This document shows, piece by piece, positions 9,133-17,417 of a stretch of DNA of 64,000 bases. Below the pieces are notes generated by a model. It saw only the letters and a program-made list of their open reading frames with translations. It searched no databases and was not told where the DNA came from. A program made the position numbers and the translations under genes. This DNA comes from Candidatus Hydrogenedentota bacterium (lineage in GTDB: Bacteria > Hydrogenedentota > Hydrogenedentia > Hydrogenedentales > SLHB01): contig JAWXCN010000182.1 in the NCBI GenBank assembly GCA_034408725.1, positions 1-64,000 of the forward strand, given 5' to 3'. Position 1 is the stretch's first letter. Each line of letters opens with the position of its first letter.

Positions 9133-9585
9133 ATGATTGTGAATCACGTTATACAAATTACGTTGACGATCCTACTTGCTGTAACCCACGCGGCGGTACT
9201 TCCGGTTCATGTGGCAATCGATCACCATCGTGTTATGCCCCACGAAACCGGGACCGGCAGTCTGACGCATGAACATGACCATGAAGATGGTCTGACTCAT
9301 CACCACGACGATCATGACACGGAAAAGCCGGGTCGGCCTGATAGTTCCGGCGTTTCAGAACACGACTTCCCGGATCAAAATGATGTCCATGCTCACAGCG
9401 TTACGGATCACAGTCTTTATCGAGACCGATCTGGCAGTATTCATAACATACTGCCGACCCTGATTCCCGTTCTGGATCGGCTGGTTTTTACGAAGCCATT
9501 TCAACCGATTGAAGTCAGGGTCCCCCCGCCGATATCGGCGCCATGCCTCAGTTTCCCTTCCCTCCGCGGACCCCCATTTTGTTAG
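9133..9585 (+). CDS. His-rich leader protein with an N-terminal hydrophobic segment and C-terminal RGPP (candidate arrest peptide)
   Basis: HEHDHEDGLTHHHDDHD tract; ends ...SFPSLRGPPFC*; first ORF of the efflux operon; start may be GTG 9139. Confidence 0.7.
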   Translation: MIVNHVIQITLTILLAVTHAAVLPVHVAIDHHRVMPHETGTGSLTHEHDHEDGLTHHHDDHDTEKPGRPDSSGVSEHDFPDQNDVHAHSVTDHSLYRDRSGSIHNILPTLIPVLDRLVFTKPFQPIEVRVPPPISAPCLSFPSLRGPPFC

Positions 9586-9684
9586 CACTTCGCGAGTTGT
9601 TGCTAGCTTAATTCCTGGGTGTCAGCGTTCCCGCGCTTCTTGCCGTGGTGAACCCGCGCCTATTCGCTTGACGAGAGGAACCAC

Positions 9685-11136
9685 ATGCGGTATATCTGCC
9701 CAGCGGGGATCATTGCTCCGAGCCTGTTGCTCATTTTTGCGGGCTGTCAACATCTACCGCCTCGGCCCCTGAACCTGCCTGAAATCAAATTGTCTCTCAA
9801 GGAACGCCCGGTGGATGTGGCGCCGGTCCGTGCCTACGCGGATGCCCTCGCAATAGCGTCGGCGGAATCCGTTCCAACTTTTGATACGAGCGATGGGCTT
9901 AACTTGAACGAAGGTCTGGCGGTAGCGCTTTGGTACAACCCGGACCTGCGAATCGCCCGGATCGAGATGGAGCAGGCAAGTGCTATTGCACAAACCTCGG
10001 GGCGATGGGTGGATCCGGAACTGAACGTCTCGGGTGGCCGGAAGGAAGTGACAGAGAATACGACTGAATCGGTAACCGTAGGACAGGGCGAGGGGGAAAA
10101 GACCTATACCTGGGATGTGCGTAAAATCGCGCGCTCGTGGATTAGTATCGGCTCCTTGAGCATTACCGTCCCGGTTTCCGGCCGGCTGCGCGTCGAGAAA
10201 AAACTTCACCAGTCCGAATATTATACGCATATCCTGCGCGTCGCCGAAGCTGAGCTATTCGTGTTGGAGGAAGCGCGCAATGGCTGGGCGCATTGGAGCG
10301 CTTCTCAAGAACGCATCAAGTTACTGGATGAATATCTCGCACTCCTTGGCCGCTTTGCCCAGACGGCTGAGTCGCTCGCGAAGGTGGGCGAGCTACCATC
10401 GTCCAACGCGCGGCTCTTTATGATCGAACAAATGCGCAAGGAAGCCGAACGCGACCGTGAGCGAGCCAACGAGGCGGAGCGGCGTGTATCCCTCTTGCAG
10501 ACGCTTGGACTGCTTCCGGATGCCGCCGTCGAGCTTGTTCCCCAGTTGAGCATCGTGTACCCGCCAGAAGTTGACATTCTCGCGTTGGACGAGCACCCCA
10601 CCATTAAACGTGTTCGCGCGGAGTACCAGAGCGTTGAGGATCGGCTCAAAGTGGAACTCCGAAAACAATATCCCGACTTGACATTTTCACCCACTTACAC
10701 CGAAGAGAAAGACGAATCTTCCTTCGTGCTGGGATTCGGGTTCCCCTTGCCTGTCTGGAATGCGAACAGACAGGGTATCGCAGAAGCGGCCGGCGCGCGC
10801 GATATTGCCCGCGCGAAGTTCGAGATGGAGTATCAGCGATTGATTGCCGAAGTTGCGCAAGCGCGGGCCGCTCTGGCGGGGAGCCGCGCGCAACGCACGC
10901 GTCTTATGGAATCGGTAGTGCCAGTTATTGACCAACAAATGAGCGAAGTGCTGGCCCTGATGAACGTCGGCGAGGTCGATATTCTCCTCCTTTATGAAAC
11001 GCTTACTCAAATGCTGGAAACCCAAAAAGAACTATTGAACGCCGCATTGGCGGAAGCGCTCGCGGTATCGCGGCTTGCCGCCGTGGTCGCGTCAGACGCA
11101 ACGGCCATTTCGGCGAGCGTGGAGGTCGAGCATTGA
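9685..11136 (+). CDS. Outer membrane efflux protein, TolC/CzcC family (lipoprotein)
   Basis: Lipobox FAGC, ALWYNPDLRIAR, QYPDL, PLPVWNANRQGIAEA; GAGAGGA RBS. Confidence 0.9.
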   Translation: MRYICPAGIIAPSLLLIFAGCQHLPPRPLNLPEIKLSLKERPVDVAPVRAYADALAIASAESVPTFDTSDGLNLNEGLAVALWYNPDLRIARIEMEQASAIAQTSGRWVDPELNVSGGRKEVTENTTESVTVGQGEGEKTYTWDVRKIARSWISIGSLSITVPVSGRLRVEKKLHQSEYYTHILRVAEAELFVLEEARNGWAHWSASQERIKLLDEYLALLGRFAQTAESLAKVGELPSSNARLFMIEQMRKEAERDRERANEAERRVSLLQTLGLLPDAAVELVPQLSIVYPPEVDILALDEHPTIKRVRAEYQSVEDRLKVELRKQYPDLTFSPTYTEEKDESSFVLGFGFPLPVWNANRQGIAEAAGARDIARAKFEMEYQRLIAEVAQARAALAGSRAQRTRLMESVVPVIDQQMSEVLALMNVGEVDILLLYETLTQMLETQKELLNAALAEALAVSRLAAVVASDATAISASVEVEH

Positions 11137-12503
11137 TCATACAAATCAATCGGCGGCGGCTGTTCCTGGCAGTGGCCGTTCATATGTCCAGTCTCGCGAC
11201 GGGTTGTGCGCCGCCGCAATCTGATCAATCGCAAGTTGCGCGGGTGGATGCAGCGTCCGCGCAGATGCCTCCACCAAAGGGCGGGATACCGATTCCGCCC
11301 GCAGTTCGCGATAACCTCGGCATTACCTTTGCACAGGTACAGCAGCGTGTCGTGGCCGAGACCAGGCGCGTGCCAGGTCAATTCGAGTTACTTCCGACAG
11401 CGCGCCAGGAATATCGCGCAGTTCTCGGTGGCCGGATCGACCTTCAGGTTGAACAATTCCAGACGGTCAAGGCCGGTGAAGTGATTTTCACGATTGATTC
11501 GCCGCAATGGCGTCAAGTTCAGCACGAAGCGGTGGAGGCTGAAGGTGATATTACCATGGCGCAAGCCGGGTTGGAAGTGGCACTCGCTCGCCGGAAGGAA
11601 GCTCAATCTTCAATGGAGAGGCAAGAAGAACGCCTTCAGAACCTTTCCTCGGTAAATGTCCGCAACGCGGAACTGGAATCGACAGTTTCCATATTGCGGA
11701 ACAGCCTGCCCCGGCTCGACGCGGAAACACGCGCACTGGAAGCGGGGCTGCGCGAGGCCCATGAACACTACTCGTCCCGGCTTAACGCGCTTTCATCGGT
11801 AACGGGTTTTTCCATCGAGGAGCTACGTGAACGAAACGGAGTGGATGCAGTGTGGCGTTCAATTTCCGTGCTTGCTGTCCGCGCTCAATACACGGGCATT
11901 GTAGAAACGCTGGCAGCGAACGACGGCGGGTGGCTGGAAGAAGGAAAATTGGCATTGACGATACTTCGCCCCGAAAAAATCCGCTTTCGTGCCGAGGCTC
12001 CACAGTCCGATATCACGCTTTACCGCGAGGGGCAGTTGGCCAGCATCGTGCCACCGCAGGGCAGCAGCGTGGATATGCAGAGCGCCTTGTCCGGCGGGTT
12101 GGCGCTTGGACTTACCGCGAATGAGCGTGACCGGACACTGTCGCTCTACGTCACTCCAGACACAATTGCACCTTGGGCCAAGGCTGGCGTTGGCGGGTTT
12201 CTGGAAGTCACTCTGACCGATGAGGCCCCCAAACAATGGGCCATTCCCGCGTCGGCGGTTATTCAGGATGGACTTGAACATGTTTTCTACCGGCGAGACC
12301 CAAAGGATCCGGATCGTGCTCTTCGCGTGCTGGCAGACCTCGGCGCAAGCGATGGACGATGGATTGCGCTCAAGAGTGGCGTGAAGGAAGGCGACGAAGT
12401 CGTCCTCGACGGCGTCTATGCATTGAAACTGACAAGTTCGGGACAACAGGCTCCGCCCGGATACCACTATCACGCCGACGGCGGGTTGCATAAGAACCAC
12501 TGA
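11133..12503 (+). CDS. RND periplasmic adaptor subunit, CzcB-like
   Basis: Lipoyl-like halves around a coiled coil, AIPASAVIQDG, SGVKEGDEVV.DG, His-rich tail GYHYHADGGLHKNH; start uncertain (TTG 11133 or ATG 11184). Confidence 0.9.
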   Translation: MIIQINRRRLFLAVAVHMSSLATGCAPPQSDQSQVARVDAASAQMPPPKGGIPIPPAVRDNLGITFAQVQQRVVAETRRVPGQFELLPTARQEYRAVLGGRIDLQVEQFQTVKAGEVIFTIDSPQWRQVQHEAVEAEGDITMAQAGLEVALARRKEAQSSMERQEERLQNLSSVNVRNAELESTVSILRNSLPRLDAETRALEAGLREAHEHYSSRLNALSSVTGFSIEELRERNGVDAVWRSISVLAVRAQYTGIVETLAANDGGWLEEGKLALTILRPEKIRFRAEAPQSDITLYREGQLASIVPPQGSSVDMQSALSGGLALGLTANERDRTLSLYVTPDTIAPWAKAGVGGFLEVTLTDEAPKQWAIPASAVIQDGLEHVFYRRDPKDPDRALRVLADLGASDGRWIALKSGVKEGDEVVLDGVYALKLTSSGQQAPPGYHYHADGGLHKNH

Positions 12504-12514
12504 GAGAAACACGC

Positions 12515-15500
12515 ATGTTGAAGAAACTAATAGCGTTTTCCCTCGATAATTCGGCCCTCGTTCTGATACTGGCGGCGATGGTCGTCGGTCTGTCGGTGTT
12601 TTCAATGATGCGCATGCCGGTAGACGTGTTTCCCGAGCTCAACGCGCCAACCGTGGTCGTGTTGACGGAGGCTGGTGGCTTCGCCGCGGATGAAGTCGAA
12701 CAGTACGTCACCTTTCCAATCGAAAGCGCCGTCAACGGCTTGCCCGGTGTGCGGCGCGTGCGAAGCAGCAGCGCGATGGGGCTGAGTCTTGTCTGGGCGG
12801 AATTCGATTGGGGTACTGATATCTACCGCGCGCGGCAGGTTGTGAGCGAAGGTATGGCCATCGTCCTTGAGCAATTGCCGGAACAGGTGCATGCGGAGAT
12901 AGCGCCGATCACGGGCATCACCGGCGAGATAATGCTCATGTCGTTGTCATCGCCGGAAGGCGTTTGGTCGCCGTTGGAGTTGCGCGCTTTCGGAGAATTT
13001 GATCTGCGCCAGCGCCTTCTCGGCGTCGCAGGAGTGGCGCAAGTGGTCGCCATTGGCGGGGAATTACCTGAATACCAGGTAAATATCCGGCCGGACGCAT
13101 TGCGCCTCTATGACCTATCCGTGGAAGATGTGACAAGGGCAGCCGCCCAAGCCCACAGCACCGCGAGCGCCGGATATCTCGCCAACGTGCAAGGCATCGA
13201 AATTCCACTACGTCAGGCCGCTCGTGTCCGTTCGGAGCAGGACATCAAGGACACTGTTCTGAAATATGACGATGGAAGTCCTGTTACCATCGGTCAGGTG
13301 GCGGACGTAATACTGGCGCCGGCTCCGCCTCGCGGTACGGGTGGGTCAAAAGGCAATCCCGCGGTCGTTGTCGGAGTAAAGAAGGCCCCCTTCACCAACA
13401 CGCTGGAAATCACGAAGAATATTGATAGGGTACTCGACGATCTCCAAGCGGCATTGCCCCAGGGCGTCGAACTCGATCGGCATGTGATGCGACAGTCCGA
13501 ATTCATTACCCTGTCAATCACGAACCTGCTCCATGTCCTGCGGGACGCCGCGCTCTTCGTGGCGGTCGTGCTGGTGCTTTTCTTGCTCAATGTCCGCACT
13601 ACCCTGATTACGCTCACCGCAATTCCGTTGTCTATTGCCGTCGCGATGCTCTTCCTCGATTGGATCGGAATGACCATCAACGTAATGACCCTTGGGGGCC
13701 TGGCGATTGCAATCGGCGAGCTTGTGGACGACGCCATCATTGATGTGGAAAACGTGTATCGAAGGCTGGCGGAGAATGCGCGTCTACCAGAAGAACTTCG
13801 CAGGCCGAAGGTCCGCGTTGTTTTCGAGGCCAGCAATGAAATTCGATCTTCGGTGGTATTCGCTACAATAATAATCGTTGCGGTGTTTGTCCCGTTGCTC
13901 TTTTTGCAAGGCATGGAGGGCCGTTTTTTCCAGCCCATGGGGCTGGCATACATCGTGTCAATTCTTGCCTCGCTCCTCGTTGCGCTCACGGTCGTGCCGG
14001 CTCTATGTAAGCTACTGTTGAGCACGGACATGAAACACGCGGAACAGGAAGGAGCGCTCGTTCGCTGGCTCAAGCGCGCCTACGAACCTCTTCTTAGGTT
14101 AGCCCTTCGCTTTAACGTCGCGGTATTGGCCTTCACCGCGATGGCCACTGTTGCCACGCTCCTGCTCGCTTCGACCTATGGCAGCGACTTCCTGCCCGAA
14201 TTTAACGAGGGCACGTTCACCGTATTTACCGATGCCCCGCCGGGAACGTCGCTTGAAGAGAGTGATCGGATGGTAAAAGGTGTTGAGCGGCGAATGTCGG
14301 AAATAGAGGGTGTAAACGCCGTCGTGCGCCGCACGGGCCGGGCCGAGCGGGACGAGCATGCACACGGCGTGAACCGAAGCGAAATCGTTGTCACGGTTCA
14401 TCCGGGGCACACCAAGGGAAAAATCCGGCGCGAGATCGACGCGGTGCTGAAAGACGCGCCTTCCATCAGGACCGAGGTGGGCTCGCCCATCGGACACCAG
14501 CTTTCTCATGTGCTGTCCGGAACCCAGGCTGCGATCGCCATCAACGTGTTCGGAAATGATCTTGATACGCTCCGACAAATTGCGAAGGAGATCGAATCCG
14601 CATTGCAAGACGTGCCCGGGGCGCGAGACATACTCGCCAACCGGGAAGCGGTAGTCGAATCGCTCCCCATCCGCTATCGTCACGAGGATCTCAGACGTTG
14701 GGGCCTCACGCCCGCGGGCGCGGCGGCGCAAGTGGAAACGGCATTTAACGGAGTCACGGTCGCGTCCGTCAATGAAGGCGTCCGCCGCTATGAGATTATT
14801 GTGCGCTTGCATCCGGACAGCCGCGGAAACATCGAAGACGTGCGGCAATTTCTGCTGATCGGACAGGAGGGGGCGCAGGTGCGCCTCGAGGAAATCGCTG
14901 ACATAGGACCGGAGAACATGGCGCTCGGCATTCAACGGGAAAATGGACGGCGGAAGGCCGTGGTCTCGTTGAATGTTGCGGATGGATTTAATACCGGCGA
15001 CCTTGTCGCGCGTGTCGAGGATGTGGTAACTCCAATCGTTCAGAAATATGGCTACAGCGTCACGTACGGCGGACAGTTTGAGGCGCAACAATCCGCAAGC
15101 CGCGCCATCTACCTGATGGGCGCCTTCGTCTCGGTGGTTATCCTCGTGCTTCTCTCCAGCGCGTTCGGCTCCACCCGCGCCGCCGTACTCGTAATGCTGA
15201 ACTTGCCGCTCGCGCTCATCGGCGGGATTGTCGCGATTTTCCTAACCGAAAGCGATAATATTTTTACGAACTTCATCGCCCTGTTCGGCCTCGGCGCGTA
15301 TCAGGCCCCGGTCATTTCCATCGCGAGCATGGTTGGTTTTGTCACGCTTTTCGGTATTGCCGTTCGCAACGGGATTCTGCTCGTCAATCACTATGCCCAC
15401 CTCATGCGAAATGAAGGCAAGGACTTCGAGCAGGCCATCGTGCAGGGCAGCATGGAGCGGCTCATCCCGATTCTCATGACAGCTCTCACCGCGATACTTG

Positions 15501-15703
15501 GACTTTTTCCCATTGCGCTCGCCAAGGGAGAACCGGGCAGTGAACTGCTCGCCCCGTTAGCGATCGTGGTTCTTGGTGGTTTGGTCACGTCGACTTTTCT
15601 CAATCTTATCGTTATTCCGGCTGGGTACTATCTCCTTTTCCGGAATAAGCCACTACAGTTTAAGACCGGCACGGACATGGTGTCCGAGCCGGAGCAAACC
15701 TGA
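12515..15703 (+). CDS. czcA: Heavy-metal efflux RND permease, CusA/CzcA family
   Basis: PVDVFPEL, MTLGGLAIAIGELVDDAIIDVEN, FLPEFNEG, GRAERDEHAHGV, RLIPILMTAL; 1062 aa. Confidence 0.93.
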   Translation: MLKKLIAFSLDNSALVLILAAMVVGLSVFSMMRMPVDVFPELNAPTVVVLTEAGGFAADEVEQYVTFPIESAVNGLPGVRRVRSSSAMGLSLVWAEFDWGTDIYRARQVVSEGMAIVLEQLPEQVHAEIAPITGITGEIMLMSLSSPEGVWSPLELRAFGEFDLRQRLLGVAGVAQVVAIGGELPEYQVNIRPDALRLYDLSVEDVTRAAAQAHSTASAGYLANVQGIEIPLRQAARVRSEQDIKDTVLKYDDGSPVTIGQVADVILAPAPPRGTGGSKGNPAVVVGVKKAPFTNTLEITKNIDRVLDDLQAALPQGVELDRHVMRQSEFITLSITNLLHVLRDAALFVAVVLVLFLLNVRTTLITLTAIPLSIAVAMLFLDWIGMTINVMTLGGLAIAIGELVDDAIIDVENVYRRLAENARLPEELRRPKVRVVFEASNEIRSSVVFATIIIVAVFVPLLFLQGMEGRFFQPMGLAYIVSILASLLVALTVVPALCKLLLSTDMKHAEQEGALVRWLKRAYEPLLRLALRFNVAVLAFTAMATVATLLLASTYGSDFLPEFNEGTFTVFTDAPPGTSLEESDRMVKGVERRMSEIEGVNAVVRRTGRAERDEHAHGVNRSEIVVTVHPGHTKGKIRREIDAVLKDAPSIRTEVGSPIGHQLSHVLSGTQAAIAINVFGNDLDTLRQIAKEIESALQDVPGARDILANREAVVESLPIRYRHEDLRRWGLTPAGAAAQVETAFNGVTVASVNEGVRRYEIIVRLHPDSRGNIEDVRQFLLIGQEGAQVRLEEIADIGPENMALGIQRENGRRKAVVSLNVADGFNTGDLVARVEDVVTPIVQKYGYSVTYGGQFEAQQSASRAIYLMGAFVSVVILVLLSSAFGSTRAAVLVMLNLPLALIGGIVAIFLTESDNIFTNFIALFGLGAYQAPVISIASMVGFVTLFGIAVRNGILLVNHYAHLMRNEGKDFEQAIVQGSMERLIPILMTALTAILGLFPIALAKGEPGSELLAPLAIVVLGGLVTSTFLNLIVIPAGYYLLFRNKPLQFKTGTDMVSEPEQT

Positions 15704-15717
15704 CCAAGGAGTCGAAC

Positions 15718-16158
15718 ATGCACCGGACACTTGCAACCCTCATCGTGATCACTACCGTTCTTGCCGGATGTGGCGATCAGCAGCCAGCCGCACCCGCCGC
15801 GTCCACGCCGCCTGCTCCCGCTTCCCAGGGTAAACTCGCAAACGTTCCGCCGATGCGCAACTTTGCGCCCGTGAAGATTGGCCCTTACGACGTCCAGCCC
15901 ATGTTTGAAGAGGAGATCGTAGATGGCCACTTTAACATTCGGACCAGTGGAGGTGACGTAAAGGCCGTGCGGATATGGGTAGGCCCCGAGGATGCCACCG
16001 GCGTCATGGTAGTCAAGACCGAAATCGAGAACGACTACAACCACGGCCATGTCGAAGTTCCAAACCCAGTTCCTGCCGACGCGAAACTATGGATCGAAAT
16101 CGAAACTACAGCCGGCGAGACGCATAAGGGCAGCACCTTGCTGAAGCAGGCCGTGTGA
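15718..16158 (+). CDS. Lipoprotein, last gene of the efflux operon, possibly metal-binding
   Basis: AAGGAG RBS, lipobox LAGC, Pro/Ala linker, YNHGHVEVP. Confidence 0.85.
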   Translation: MHRTLATLIVITTVLAGCGDQQPAAPAASTPPAPASQGKLANVPPMRNFAPVKIGPYDVQPMFEEEIVDGHFNIRTSGGDVKAVRIWVGPEDATGVMVVKTEIENDYNHGHVEVPNPVPADAKLWIEIETTAGETHKGSTLLKQAV

Positions 16159-16264
16159 GGTCGACGGGGTAAAGATAGGGCCAGCGATCAATTTACTGTG
16201 TTTCGGCCAACCGAGCACTGTAGTCAATCGTCTCTGGCGCAACGCACCGATGCTAGCTCCAGAT

Positions 16265-17194
16265 TTATCTGCCTATAATTTTGCGCAGAGTATCGATATG
16301 GCGCGGGATGGCTTCTTTGGGGTTTTCGTCGTCTTCGTATTCGAGCACGAGGTAGCCTCGGTAACCCGCGTCTTGCAGGATGCGCGCGACGCGGGCGAAG
16401 TCGGCTGGTTCTTTTTTTCCATTGGGTTGGACGGAGACTTTGATCTGCGCGTTGACGGTGTAGGGTGCGATCTGGGCCATGTCTGCGTAAGGGTCGGGCG
16501 TGTGGAAGTTTCCACCGTCGAAATTCACGCCGAACCACGGTGATTCTTTCACACCTTTGATGATACGCAGCATGTGTTCGCCGGTGGCGGTAATGCCGCC
16601 GTGGTTTTCGAGCGCGAGCACGACACCCTTTTGCGCGGCATAGTCCAGAGATTCATTGATCGCGCTGATGCAACGCTCGAGCGCGGCGTCTTCGGTGTCG
16701 CCTTCGGGAACTTCACCCGCAAAGATGCGGATAACAGGAGCGCCCAAGAGCGCGGCGTGGTCGATCCACTCGCGGGTCATGCGAAGTTCTTCCTCGCGTA
16801 TCGGGCCTTCGGGCACGCAAAAGTTGTTGCCGATGGCCGTGCCGGAAATGTCCAGACCCAGCCGGAACGTGAGCTGCTTTAACTGGAGCAGGTATTCCGG
16901 CGTAACCTCCGCTGGAAAATAGTAGGAGGTGGGCTCGCACCCGTCCAGATTCAGTTCCGCGCAGTACCGCACGAAATCTTCGAGATTCATGTCCGCCTTC
17001 GCATACTCCTCCGCCGGCGCGCGATTCGGCAGCATCCGGTGGAATGAATACGCCGCAAGACTGAGTTTCATGTAAGGTCCGTGCACGCGCTCCACCGGCG
17101 ACGCCGCCCGCGCGCCCTCCGGCAACAACGCCCCCGCGCCCAGGGCCGCAGCACCAGCAATAAACGAACGCCGGGAAAGTTCGGATAATGACAT
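16265..17194 (-). CDS. Tat-exported sugar phosphate isomerase/epimerase (xylose isomerase-like TIM barrel)
   Basis: SRRSFI twin-arginine signal; ALENHGG, VNFDGGNF, GYRGYLVLEYE. Confidence 0.9.
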   Translation of the reverse strand: MSLSELSRRSFIAGAAALGAGALLPEGARAASPVERVHGPYMKLSLAAYSFHRMLPNRAPAEEYAKADMNLEDFVRYCAELNLDGCEPTSYYFPAEVTPEYLLQLKQLTFRLGLDISGTAIGNNFCVPEGPIREEELRMTREWIDHAALLGAPVIRIFAGEVPEGDTEDAALERCISAINESLDYAAQKGVVLALENHGGITATGEHMLRIIKGVKESPWFGVNFDGGNFHTPDPYADMAQIAPYTVNAQIKVSVQPNGKKEPADFARVARILQDAGYRGYLVLEYEDDENPKEAIPRHIDTLRKIIGR

Positions 17195-17345
17195 GGAAAG
17201 TTTCTCCTCGATGACTGATGTGAAAGATAGCGGTCATCGTAGCGGGGGAAAGCACGGAATACAACGCGATTGGCTATCAAGGTGGCTTACTCGACGAACA
17301 TTCCTTCTTCTTCAAGTAACTCGAAAGCCAACAAAAAAGGGCACT

Positions 17346-17366
17346 ATATGGGACGGGCACCTATTT
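17346..17366. repeat. REP-like family B copy
   Basis: ATATGGGACGGGCACCTATTT is the reverse complement of 6852-6872 with 2 mismatches. Confidence 0.6.
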
Positions 17367-17417
17367 GGCATTCTATCTCGCGCGGCCGACCGGGAGTGGT
17401 TTTTGCTGATTTGCATG

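Larger units (their letters stand above)
8943..16264. mobile_element. Putative genomic islet carrying a heavy-metal RND efflux operon; no integrase inside
   Basis: Bounded by the direct repeat of the target gene's 3' end; cargo is a self-contained operon on the opposite strand. Confidence 0.6.

Noticed and set aside
14099-15091. 330-aa antisense ORF, and similar long shadows (13294..14073, 26310..26966, 48882..49628, 55532..56296, 59932..60609, 61279..62196)
   Set aside because: They lie antisense to or across well-supported genes; expected in GC-rich DNA and without recognisable motifs
8943-16264. Prophage or ICE interpretation of the islet
   Set aside because: No integrase, relaxase, conjugation or phage genes between the repeats
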